Shown here: positions 36,262 through 44,724 of the stretch, in pieces
Position numbering within the stretch: the stretch's first letter is position 1
Layout: each line of letters starts with the position of its first letter
Assembly: GCF_047638075.1 (NCBI RefSeq)
Contig: NZ_JBLJBV010000041.1
Location: 4,560 to 68,559 of the forward strand
DNA length: 64,000 bases
From: Phaeovulum sp.
GTDB lineage: Bacteria; Pseudomonadota; Alphaproteobacteria; Rhodobacterales; Rhodobacteraceae
Reading direction: 5' to 3'
Notes under the pieces: generated by a model
Database searches by the model: none
Told to the model about the DNA's origin: nothing
What the model saw: only the letters and a program-made list of their open reading frames with translations
Translations under genes and position numbers: made by a program

Positions 36262-36522
36262 GGTCTGGCACAAACCCAACTGCAACAGCTCAAGCTCGCC
36301 AAAATGCTGACAGAAATCAGCCTTGGCGTGCAGGCAAGCCTGCGCGTTGGTCGCCTGATGGAGGATGCCCAGGCTGCGCCTGAAATGATTTCAGTCATCA
36401 AGCGCAACAACTGCGGCAAGGCACTGGCGCGGACATCGCGTGACATGCACGGCGGCAACGGGATCTCGGAGGAATTCCAGATCATGCGCCACATGGTGAA
36501 CCTTGAAACAGTCAACACGAAT
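36262..36522 (+). pseudogene. C-terminal fragment of a glutaryl-CoA dehydrogenase-type acyl-CoA dehydrogenase
   Basis: [86 protein letters not shown] is the Acyl-CoA_dh_1 tail. No N-terminal or middle domain is present, and homology ends at VNT. Confidence 0.7.
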
Positions 36523-36653
36523 GCTGATCAGAAATCAGCGATACCCCAGTTGGCCGCAGCCTTGTCGAGCGACACCACGCACCATCCGAACAAACTCCGG
36601 TGGGCTGATTGTGATCGATCGGCCGGGGCCCGGTGCCGAGCCCCGGCTGAGCC

Positions 36654-36854
36654 TCAGACGGGCATGTTGTCCCAAAGGCTCTCGGCATCGCCGCACACGG
36701 TGATGAGATGCCGCCGCGCGCGCCGCTGGGCCGGTGCCTCGGGGTCCCCGAGGCTGTAGCGCAGCTTGCTCTTCAATTCTTCCGCGCGGGCGGGGTTTGC
36801 CAGGAGATCGTCCACGAACAGGTCAATCTCGTCGCGACGGTTCGTTTGGCTCAT
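36654..36854 (-). CDS. Hypothetical small protein (66 aa)
   Basis: [66 protein letters not shown]. Coding-like, with no family recognised. A 7-bp GC hairpin (ccggggc/gccccgg, about 36623-36646) lies downstream. Confidence 0.35.
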   Translation of the reverse strand: MSQTNRRDEIDLFVDDLLANPARAEELKSKLRYSLGDPEAPAQRRARRHLITVCGDAESLWDNMPV

Positions 36855-36995
36855 GCCATCCTCCCGAGTGAAATGTCGCGCCAGTGCGGGCGCGACTGTT
36901 GCCGTAAGACCACGCAAATACGACCAAAGCGATTCTTGTCTCGCCTTTGTGCTGGGCATCTTTTCGCAAGTCCGACTCATAGGCTGCAAACTGCC

Positions 36996-37160
36996 CTAAC
37001 GTAAACCTGCATCGCGCAATGCTTGCCGCTCCATTCCGGCGAGCCGCGCCGCCTCCGCCCGGCTCGCTCCCTCGGGCGCGGTGGCGATCACATATATCCG
37101 CGCCGTAGTCCGCCCGTCGTGCTCTCGGCGTGCGGTCCGGCGCAACCCTGCTGCCGTCCG
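36996..37160 (-). pseudogene. IS630-family transposase N-terminal (HTH) fragment
   Basis: My reverse translation reads AAGLRRTARREHDGRTTARIYVIATAPEGASRAEAARLAGMERQALRDAGLR*. It parallels the ...RRLAR.EKDGR..RR.LAIA..LEG.SR.EAAR..GMDRQTLRDW... block of IS630-type transposases and stops prematurely. Confidence 0.6.
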
Positions 37161-37261
37161 ATCCTCCCCGATCTTGAGTGCTGCACCATCACATCCTCCA
37201 TATCTGGTAGATGAAAGGGAATCACATTGCGTAGCCTCAATAAAGAGCCTTCCGAGTCAGA

Positions 37262-38245
37262 TCAGCCGCTCGTCGGTACCACTTTACGTTCGGGTGGGGC
37301 GTCGCAGTCCGGGCCTTTCCTGGCCCGGAGGGTTGTCGAGGTCAGACCGACGCCGAGAAGAACGAGAACGACGCCCAGGGCGAAGTAAAGCCCCATCTTG
37401 TCGCCGAACAGTGCCGCCGAGGCTGCAATGCCGAACAGCGGTTGCAGGAACTGTACGCTGGCCGCGATGCGGGCGGGCACGGTGCGCAAGAGCCACAGCC
37501 AAAGGAACAGGCCCGCAGCCGTAACCAGCAGCCCCAGATAGGCCGCGGCGGCCACGGCGACGGGCTCTACCCTGAACGGGGTCTGTGCAATCTCCCATCC
37601 GGTGAAGGGCAGGAGGGCGAGGAAGCCCGCCAGCGTGCTCCATGCCGCGACGGTGACCGTGCCGTGGCTTGCGGTCAACTCCACACTCCAGACATAGTAG
37701 AAGGCGATGGCAAGCGCTGAGATCAGCATCAGGAGGACGCCAAGGGCCGTCGTCTGACCGGCGGTGCTGCCATCGCCTTGCCCCGATGCGACAAGTGCGA
37801 TGCCCGCGAACGCCGCCGCGAGGCCGATCCGCTGCCACCCGGTAACCGGCTGGTGCAGGCGCAGCGCTGCAAAGACCACGACCAAGACCGGGATCACCGC
37901 CGAGATCACCGTACCGACCGAGGCCGAGGTGCCGACGATGCCGAAGGTCTGCGCCACCTGCCCGATGCCGATGCCCAAAAGCCCCAGGGCCACCACCTGC
38001 GGGAGCGCGCGAAGGGGCAGGCGACGGTGGCCAAGCGCAAAGAGAAACAGGATCGGCACCGCGATCCCGAAGCGCAGCGCCGTCAGCGTCATTGGCGGCA
38101 TCGACTCGAGCGCCAGCTTGGTGATCGGGATCGACAGGCCCCAGATCAGCGCCAGACACAGCAGCGCCGCGATGCTGAGCGGCGAGAGCCGAGTTGCAAG
38201 GGATGCAAACGGCGGCGCAGAGGGGATCGAAGTGGTACTGGTCAT
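37262..38245 (-). CDS. DMT superfamily (EamA-like) transporter
   Basis: Ten hydrophobic helices in two EamA repeats (LLCLALIWGLSIPITKLAL, and WSVELTASHGTVTVAAWSTLAG). Divergent from a LysR gene. Confidence 0.8.
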   Translation of the reverse strand: MTSTTSIPSAPPFASLATRLSPLSIAALLCLALIWGLSIPITKLALESMPPMTLTALRFGIAVPILFLFALGHRRLPLRALPQVVALGLLGIGIGQVAQTFGIVGTSASVGTVISAVIPVLVVVFAALRLHQPVTGWQRIGLAAAFAGIALVASGQGDGSTAGQTTALGVLLMLISALAIAFYYVWSVELTASHGTVTVAAWSTLAGFLALLPFTGWEIAQTPFRVEPVAVAAAAYLGLLVTAAGLFLWLWLLRTVPARIAASVQFLQPLFGIAASAALFGDKMGLYFALGVVLVLLGVGLTSTTLRARKGPDCDAPPERKVVPTSG

Positions 38246-38307
38246 GGAGCGTCGCGCGGGTCCAAGAGTGTTCTTTGGTCACCTCTTGCCGCCGAACGCG
38301 CCATCTT

Positions 38308-38320
38308 ACAAACGATTTGT
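38308..38320. promoter_or_regulatory. LysR-type T-N11-A-like palindrome in the divergent promoter
   Basis: ACAAA-CGA-TTTGT has perfect 5-bp arms. It lies 18 nt upstream of the LysR ATG, between the divergent DMT and LysR genes. Confidence 0.45.
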
Positions 38321-38337
38321 TTGCAGGTTATGATTGA

Positions 38338-39294
38338 ATGAAACGCAATCATGAGCCCGCAATGCCCAGCCGCCCGCCGCCGATGCAGACCTTGCGCGCC
38401 TTCGAGGCGACTGGCCGCCTGCTCAGCATGGCGCTGGCGGCGGCGGAACTGAACCTGACGCCCGGCGCCCTCAGTCGCCAGATCCAGACGCTGGAGGCGG
38501 ATCTGGGCGTCGCTCTGTTCCGGCGACTGACCCGGCGCATCGAACTGACGGCCGAGGGCACGGCGCTGCATCAGGTGGCCAGCCGGGCGCTCGCGGAACT
38601 TACGCGCGAAGCGGAGCGGCTGCGGTCGCAGAAGGGTGCGACGCGGCTGACCATCAGCACCAGCGTTTCCTTCGCCAGCAAGTGGTTCGCCCCGCGCCTG
38701 CACCGCCTCGTCGCACGCCTGCCAGAGGTGGATATCCACCTTGAGGTCAGCGACGTGAACATCGACCTGTCCGACCGCCGCGTGGATGCCGCGATCCGCT
38801 ATGGCACGGGCACCTATCCCGGCACGGTCGCGGAGCGCGTCCTCGACGAGACGATGAGCCCCGTCTGCAGCCCCGGCTACCGGGCGCGCATGGGCGGGCT
38901 GGCAGAGCCCTCTGACCTGAGCCGCTGCACACTGTTCAACGAGGAACGTATCCTGCACGACGACAGTGCGCTGCCCAAGTGGGAGCGCTGGTTCACCGCC
39001 GCGGGCGCAACCGGCGCGTGCAGCCGAGGACCGACGTTGAGCCATGGCAGCCTGACGATCGAAGCCGCCATCCGCGGCGAGGGCGTCGTACTGGGCCGCA
39101 GTGCACTTGTGGCGGAAGATATCGCGTCCGGCCGGCTGGTGGAACTTTTCCCCCGGATCCGCCTGCCTGTGGGCCGAGGTTACGACCTTGTCCATCGGCC
39201 CGGTGAGGCGAATGATCCGCTGATCGCCGTCTTGCGGGACTGGCTGAAGGATGAGGTGCGGGCGTTCCTGGCAGCCACCGAGCGCGGCAGTTAG
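38338..39294 (+). CDS. LysR family transcriptional regulator (GcvA subtype)
   Basis: LRAFEATGRLLSMALAAAELNLTPGALSRQIQTLEADLGVALFRRLTRRIELTAEG is the HTH. The LysR substrate-binding C-terminus follows. Confidence 0.9.
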   Translation: MKRNHEPAMPSRPPPMQTLRAFEATGRLLSMALAAAELNLTPGALSRQIQTLEADLGVALFRRLTRRIELTAEGTALHQVASRALAELTREAERLRSQKGATRLTISTSVSFASKWFAPRLHRLVARLPEVDIHLEVSDVNIDLSDRRVDAAIRYGTGTYPGTVAERVLDETMSPVCSPGYRARMGGLAEPSDLSRCTLFNEERILHDDSALPKWERWFTAAGATGACSRGPTLSHGSLTIEAAIRGEGVVLGRSALVAEDIASGRLVELFPRIRLPVGRGYDLVHRPGEANDPLIAVLRDWLKDEVRAFLAATERGS

Positions 39295-39657
39295 CTTGCG
39301 TGCCTCGCTGGATGTGGTGCTACCCAAATTCCGCTGAACCGTCACAAGAGCCGAAGCCCGGTTCCACTCCGAAACAAGAGCTACAGGAGGTGCGGGCGGT
39401 AAATGTCGCACGGGAAGTCGACCCGAACGCGCCGAAGTCGTCGAATAACATATCGAAGACTGACCCTGGCACTTCAGCGAAGGCACGCAGCCGCGCGGCT
39501 CGCGCCGCTGCGGGTGGCGGTGGCCAGGGTCAACTATTGCTCGATATCGAGGGATTGAGGATCACGAGCGCAGACCGGACGGCGCCGGCTTCGGCATTTC
39601 CGATGGGCTAACTGGCCCGATGTTGCATATGCGGGCGTTTAGGGGAACAAAGAGAGA

Positions 39658-40020
39658 TCATTCCGTTCCATCCATCGCCTTGAGGCACATGACGACGTTT
39701 TCGGCTGTGAACTTGAACCCTTGCCTGTCTGGCTGACGCTCGACGTTGATCGGGTATTTTGGCCGGCGGGTTTCGATGCCGACCATACGGAACGTTTCCC
39801 GCCCGGTTGAGAACTCGCGGCCAAAGTCGTCCGGGCTGAGACCATAGTTGTTTGCGAGCAGTTCGAACTTGGCCTTTTCGGGGTCGAAGACGGTCCCGTC
39901 CGCCAAGGGGATACCCACCTTGACGCCGACATTCGAACCAGAAACCCCGCTGATCATGGTGTCAAAGCCGCGCCGGGGACCCCAAAAACCGTCTTCGATG
40001 AATAAGCCGGGCTTAAACAA
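39658..40020 (-). CDS. Hypothetical protein (120 aa; TTG start, possibly 5'-truncated)
   Basis: FKPGLFIEDGFWGPRRGFDTMISGVSGSNVGVKVGIPLADGTVFDPEKAKFELLANNYGLSPDDFGREF has protein-like composition. The only upstream in-frame starts are TTG at 40020 or ATG at 39957. No family recognised. Confidence 0.4.
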   Translation of the reverse strand: MFKPGLFIEDGFWGPRRGFDTMISGVSGSNVGVKVGIPLADGTVFDPEKAKFELLANNYGLSPDDFGREFSTGRETFRMVGIETRRPKYPINVERQPDRQGFKFTAENVVMCLKAMDGTE

Positions 40021-40179
40021 CTCTGGCAGACAGGCTCAGCCCGCTGCCTCAGCGTGACAAAGCCGTAAAATGCGGCACAGCGATCTCAACCTTCAACAGA
40101 GCCGCTCGGTTGTGATTTTGGTGAGTGCTGTTAAGTGTCGTTGGTCTCCCGAAAAGAATTGTCAGCCTTAACTTTCACG

Positions 40180-40244
40180 CATGTCATGTGCGAGATAGTT
40201 TGGGTCTCTTGACACATGTCATGGGGCAGTCTAACTATCTCGCA
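40180..40244. promoter_or_regulatory. Repeat-structured putative operator spanning the HipA-family gene start
   Basis: Perfect 12-bp inverted repeat TGCGAGATAGTT (40189-40200) / AACTATCTCGCA (40233-40244). A 9-bp direct repeat CATGTCATG occurs at 40180-40188 and 40215-40223. The annotated ATG (40216) lies inside the second direct repeat. Confidence 0.55.
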
Positions 40245-42105
40245 TCTCAAGTGCGTGAAGGTTGTAATTTTGCTTTATCTCATCGGTGAAAATCTCGACA
40301 AGACCCGCGCTCACTACCGAGCTGAGACTGGGAAACTTATTCAGCTTATGCGCGGCATTTATGTCGACACTGACGCCGATATCGATGCAATTGTTCTGCG
40401 CAGTGCAGTGCGGATTGCACATTACCTCTATCCAAAGGCGTATCTTTCGGCAGCCAGCGCCAATTTGCTGGCACCCACGCGAGATGGCCGCTTGTTCATC
40501 AGCGGGAAACGCAATCAGCGTACTAGGATCAGGTCTCTGGAGATCATCCAGAACGTAGCGCCAGATCAGCCTGCGGTCGCGACAGCCATTGTCGATGACG
40601 GAGCAGGGGAATTCCAGATCGCCGTCTCGTCGATGCGGCAGCGATTTCTTGAAGCTTTTCGGCAGCGTAGTGAGCACGCCAGTGCGATCGATGAAGGGAT
40701 GCGCACCGAGATCGCCGCGCGTCTTATCGAAGAATATGGCAGCCCATCTGCCGCCGCAGATGCGGTTTGGGCGCTTGCGCGCGCAAACAAATGGTACCGC
40801 GAGGGGGAGCAGACAGAGCGGTATTTGTTACGTTCTGCTGTTGCGGTGGATGTTCGCAACGAAGCAGCACTTTCGTTCTTGGTTGCTTGGCATGGTCAAA
40901 TTGTCGGTCAACTTAGTCATGATGGTTTTGAATGGCGATGGCAGCCACAAGACAAATTCAATTTGCCGCTCGTGCAGCAGCGGGTTCCGGGCCAGCTACC
41001 CCCCTTCATACTGTCACTGTTGCCTGAGGGTTGGCTAGAGAAGGTTCTCAAAGACAACGACGAGCGGGCAATGCTGCGCTCGGGCAAACGATATATGTCC
41101 AACATTACGATCAGCGAAGACGCAGCCGAGCTCGCATCGCTCCCCGCAGACACGCTGGCCGTGTCGTTATCCCGATATACCCACAACGGTGTGTTTGCCG
41201 GAAGCTATGCAGGCCCGGGGCGCGGCAAGCTTGAAGCAGATTTCGAGGCGGGGCTGGCCCGACTTTATGAGCGGGCGGACACACCGCGCCTGTCTGGCGT
41301 CCAGATCAAGGCGCCGATGTATTTGGCGCAGGGTGGCCAATTGTCGCCGAGCACGGGCTTGCCGTTCACTCACATTTTGAAGCCGGCGGGAACCAGCGGA
41401 TTTCAGGCGCTTCCCGTGATCGAATATCTTGCCATGTCTCTTGGCCGTGCGTCAGGGTTGGAGACACCTGACATCGCTTTGGTCGCAATGCCGGATGACA
41501 TGCCCCCGGCCTTGCTGGTCGAGCGATTCGATATTCGCACATCGTCCGAGGATGAACGCCGCTTTGCTTTGGAGGATCTTTGTTCGGTTCTCGATCTGCC
41601 CCCAGATGCGAAGTATGATGGAACTATCGAGAGGATAACTCGTGCTGTTCGGCCGCTGTCGACATCTGCCGGGGCAGATCTGCTGTTAGTCATCAAGCGC
41701 GCACTATTCGCTTGGTTGATCGGCGACGGCGATATGCACCTGAAGAATTTGGCACTCCTAAAGATTGCCGGTCCTGCTGCGGATCGCTTCAGCACAATCC
41801 GGCTCGCGCCGCTCTATGATGCGGTCACGACGAGGGTCTTCCCGAGTCTTGAACAAGATCGCATGGCCCTGAAACTGAACGGCAAAGACGATCGCTTGCG
41901 ACGTCGTGATTTCATGCAGGTGGCGGCGATCGCCGGCTTGGCTACAACCGGTGTGGGCGAAGAGATCGACTATTTCTTGCAGCGCTTCTCCGAAGCCATA
42001 GACGGGGTTTCTGTGCCTGATCTTCCCGGCACGGACCGTGATATCCAGGAGCGAGCAGAGGCGATGGTTGCCATTTGCAGGGAGCGGGTTGCGGCATTCA
42101 CCTAA
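40216..42105 (+). CDS. HipA-family Ser/Thr kinase toxin homologue with a ~215-aa N-terminal extension (possibly AbiEi-like)
   Basis: HipA core: PRLSGVQIKAPM (41290-41310 encodes LSGVQIK), FALEDLCSVL, and LIGDGDMHLKNLALL (GDGDMHLKN at 41722-41748). Also APLYDAVTT and LKLNGKDDRL, with a HipA N-domain-like LVAWHGQIVGQLSHDGFEWRWQ. Residues 1-215 precede this. TGKLIQLMRGIYVDTD...YPKAYLSAASANLLA resembles the G.L.rl.RGvY...aviS..SAl pattern of AbiEi-type antitoxins. The start codon is uncertain. Confidence 0.75.
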   Translation: MSWGSLTISHLKCVKVVILLYLIGENLDKTRAHYRAETGKLIQLMRGIYVDTDADIDAIVLRSAVRIAHYLYPKAYLSAASANLLAPTRDGRLFISGKRNQRTRIRSLEIIQNVAPDQPAVATAIVDDGAGEFQIAVSSMRQRFLEAFRQRSEHASAIDEGMRTEIAARLIEEYGSPSAAADAVWALARANKWYREGEQTERYLLRSAVAVDVRNEAALSFLVAWHGQIVGQLSHDGFEWRWQPQDKFNLPLVQQRVPGQLPPFILSLLPEGWLEKVLKDNDERAMLRSGKRYMSNITISEDAAELASLPADTLAVSLSRYTHNGVFAGSYAGPGRGKLEADFEAGLARLYERADTPRLSGVQIKAPMYLAQGGQLSPSTGLPFTHILKPAGTSGFQALPVIEYLAMSLGRASGLETPDIALVAMPDDMPPALLVERFDIRTSSEDERRFALEDLCSVLDLPPDAKYDGTIERITRAVRPLSTSAGADLLLVIKRALFAWLIGDGDMHLKNLALLKIAGPAADRFSTIRLAPLYDAVTTRVFPSLEQDRMALKLNGKDDRLRRRDFMQVAAIAGLATTGVGEEIDYFLQRFSEAIDGVSVPDLPGTDRDIQERAEAMVAICRERVAAFT

Positions 42106-42193
42106 ATATAGCGACTTTGTATTAGGGGCTGTTGACGTTCATCTTGACGCAATCAAAGCAGCGGCCAGGTTCCAACTGGCTGTGTAGCTGCAA

Positions 42194-42637
42194 TCAGTTT
42201 GGCGCAATTCTACATTCAGCGAGTATCAGTTCATTTGTGCCCACCTTTCCCATGGCCCATGCCTTTTGCATGGCCTCGCGGTATTCCCAAAGCGACACCT
42301 GCGAGATTTCCAGATTGCGATACCGCGCCTCAACGCAGCGACCGCCGTCCAGTTCAACCCAAATCACTGAAAGGTCGCCGGGATCGTAGCGGACGACCCC
42401 CCTTCGGTCTTTGCGGGCAACGTACCCTGCAAGCGCATCAGACCAATATCGGCGGTCGAACAGATGGATGCCATCGCGCCGAACCTGCCGCTGCTCACTC
42501 GGCAAAAAACTCACCCGAAACGCCTCCAAGTCGAAGGGGATGTCGCCCACTATTCCATCGGCGAGCGCTTCCCACTTGGCGACAGGTGTGCAGCCCAGGC
42601 TCGAATGAATGCTGTTGTTGTAGCGGCAAATCTCTAA
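42194..42637 (-). pseudogene. 5'-truncated Mu/TnsB/TniA-type transposase remnant (end of the rve core plus the Mu-transposase C-terminal domain)
   Basis: Reverse translation from 42637 reads LEICRYNNSIHSSLGCTPVAKWEALADGIVGDIPFDLEAFRVSFLPSEQRQVRRDGIHLFDRRYWSDAL...VVRYDPGDLSVIWVEL. YN...HS.LG.TP..W and GI.f....Y plus vrYDP.DlS.i.V are hallmarks. It is cut off by the IS5-family left end at 42638. Confidence 0.65.
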
Positions 42638-43338
42638 GAGGCTGATCGGAAATGAGTTGAGTGAATTCAGAAGGTTGTGATTCTGTTCGGTTGCAAAGCT
42701 AAACGGAGATCGCGATGGCCTGGACTGAACTCACCCGCGCGCAACATAAGCGTAAGACCAAGCGCTATCCAAGCGATTTGACGCCGGAGGAATGGGCAGT
42801 TGTTCGCCCGCAGCTACCCTGTCACAATCGCCGTGGGCGTCCGCGACAGGTGGGGTTGCGCCGGGTCTGGGATGCGATCCAGTATATCGCGGTGGCGGGA
42901 TGCGCGTGGTCCCTCTTGCCCAAGGATTTCCCGCCGGTCTCGACCCTACGCTATTATTTCTATCGGTGGCGCGCCAATGGCCTCCTTGCCGAGATCAATC
43001 GGGCGCTGGTCGCGGCAGCGCGCCTCGCGGCAGGACGGGATATTCAACCGAGCGGTGGCGTGATTGACAGCCAAAGCGTAAAAACCTTTGAAAACACGTC
43101 ACTTTCCGGGTTCGACGCAGGCAAGTGGATCAAGGGTCGAAAGCGCCACATCATCACCGATACCTGCGGCAACCTGATCGCGTGCGAAGTCCACACAGCC
43201 AACATTCAGGATCGGGATGGCGCGCCCGGAGTCTTTGCCAAGCTCCGCCGTGAGGCCCCGAGATTACGTCACATATTTGCGGATGGCGGCTATGCTGGAC
43301 CGAAGCTGCGCGGTGTTGAAGCTCTGTTGATGGCATAG
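42638..43338 (+). mobile_element. IS5-family (IS1031/IS427-like) element, copy 1, 3'-truncated
   Basis: The left end GAGGCTGATCGGAAATGAG is preceded by TAA (a TNA-type target). The transposase ORF 42715-43338 reads MAWTELTRAQHKRKTKRYPSDLTPEEWAVVRPQLP...VIDSQSVKT...IFADGGYAGPKLRG. It then diverges and stops about 70 aa short of the family's C-terminus (the missing part is visible in copy 2). No right end is present. Confidence 0.75.
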
Positions 43339-43410
43339 ATACCCATGACAGAGAGCTATGCGTGCAGCCGGGGCGCGTCAATAACCTGACAAAGCCCCCG
43401 TTTATGGTCG

Positions 43411-44718
43411 TCAACGTGAGAATGTCATTCGCCCCGCTCTCTCAAATCTGTCCGGGGAGAGTTGACTGATATCTACGCATGGCGGTTGAGCCCGCATCAT
43501 TTGTGACAGGACTTTACCCACCATTGGCCCCAGCCCAAAGCCGTGACCGCTGAAGCCCGTGGCAATCAGCAGGCCACTGACCTTTGTTGACGCCCCAATT
43601 GCCGGGACCAGGTCAGGCAGCGTGTCGATATACCCCGCCCAACTCGCCCTGACCCCCAGCCCAGCAAAGGGAGGAAGAAAATGCCCGACTTCATTCAACG
43701 CCTGCTGGATACGCTTGCTATTCGGCGGCACATTTTCGCTTGTTGGGGCGATGTCGGCCAGCGGCGGCGGCGCATTGCGGGACAGCAATTTTCGAAAAGG
43801 TGAAAGATAGTTTATCCGAGAGGATTCAGGCTGCTCGCGTCTGAGTTTCAGATACCACCGGGCATAGCGAATGGAGTCCCACCTTATATCATATTCGCCG
43901 CCTGCCACCGAAAGCACCAGCGCCCCATCCGCACTTTGCCGGACGCCCGTCATCGGGCAAGACAGGCAGTACGGGAATGGCTCGGCGAGAGGCTCTGTCT
44001 TGACCACGGTAGCGCGAATGATCTCTTGTGGTAGCAAGATGCCCAGTGGCCGCACCAGCGCGGCAGTGTTTGCCCCTGCGGCACAAACCACCGTCTCGGC
44101 GCGAAACAATCTGCCGCCGGACCAGACGCCGATAACCTGACCCGCCGCTGTCTCCAGTTTTGAGACCCGGCTGCCCAATATCACCTCAGCACCATGCTCA
44201 AGCGCGGCGTCAAAAAATGCCCGTGTCGCACGGCCCGGCTCTGCACGCCCATCAGATGCGGTGAACATCGCCCCTTTGACACCAACCCCCGGCGCCAGAT
44301 GCGGCAGCTTTGCCATGATTTGCGAAGCATCAAGCGTCACCGTGTCCAAGCCGTAAGGCCGGGCTTCGCTTTGCCATGCTGCGTGCTGCTCCCTTTCGGC
44401 ATCGGTCATGGCCAGCGCAATATTGCCGCCCTGGAACCACCCCACGTTTCGGCCAAGATCCCGTTCAAGACCCTCCCAAAGCTTCAATGCACCCATGGCA
44501 AGCGGCAATTCGCGAAAATCGCGCGCCTGCTGGCGCACAAAGCCAAGATTGCGCCCCGATTGCCCCGACCCTGGCGTGTCCCGTTCAAATAAAAGCACGC
44601 GAAGCCCAGACTTGGCCGCGTAATAAGCAGCCGAGCAGCCAACTATACCGCCGCCAACAATTATGACATCCCAGGTGTCTGTCAGCACCGTCGATCTTAT
44701 GCCGCTGCCCTGTGCCAT
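43411..44718 (-). CDS. FAD-dependent oxidoreductase (DAO family; D-amino-acid / amine dehydrogenase-like)
   Basis: WDVIIVGGGIVGCSAAYYAAKSGLRVLLFERD is the Rossmann GxGxxG motif. About 435 aa with a DAO-type C-terminus GHGFGLGP. Confidence 0.8.
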   Translation of the reverse strand: MAQGSGIRSTVLTDTWDVIIVGGGIVGCSAAYYAAKSGLRVLLFERDTPGSGQSGRNLGFVRQQARDFRELPLAMGALKLWEGLERDLGRNVGWFQGGNIALAMTDAEREQHAAWQSEARPYGLDTVTLDASQIMAKLPHLAPGVGVKGAMFTASDGRAEPGRATRAFFDAALEHGAEVILGSRVSKLETAAGQVIGVWSGGRLFRAETVVCAAGANTAALVRPLGILLPQEIIRATVVKTEPLAEPFPYCLSCPMTGVRQSADGALVLSVAGGEYDIRWDSIRYARWYLKLRREQPESSRINYLSPFRKLLSRNAPPPLADIAPTSENVPPNSKRIQQALNEVGHFLPPFAGLGVRASWAGYIDTLPDLVPAIGASTKVSGLLIATGFSGHGFGLGPMVGKVLSQMMRAQPPCVDISQLSPDRFERAGRMTFSR

Positions 44719-44724
44719 CTGACG

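Noticed and set aside
36304-36759. 151-aa ORF as an intact gene
   Set aside because: Only its first ~73 aa, plus about 14 aa upstream of the Met, match the C-terminal helix bundle of glutaryl-CoA dehydrogenase. The remainder is out-of-family read-through. It is treated as a pseudogene fragment at 36262-36522.
37284-38282. 332-aa minus-strand ORF in an alternative frame over the DMT transporter gene
   Set aside because: The composition is Arg/Gly/Pro-rich and non-membrane-like. The 37262..38245 frame gives ten coherent TM helices.
38242-39486. 414-aa minus-strand ORF antisense to the LysR gene
   Set aside because: It has no motifs and an Arg/Ala-rich composition. The + strand frame encodes a canonical LysR HTH and effector domain.
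39300-39611. 103-aa + strand ORF downstream of the LysR gene
   Set aside because: The sequence is low in complexity (S/P/A/K/G runs) with no RBS and no recognisable domain. The region is left unassigned.
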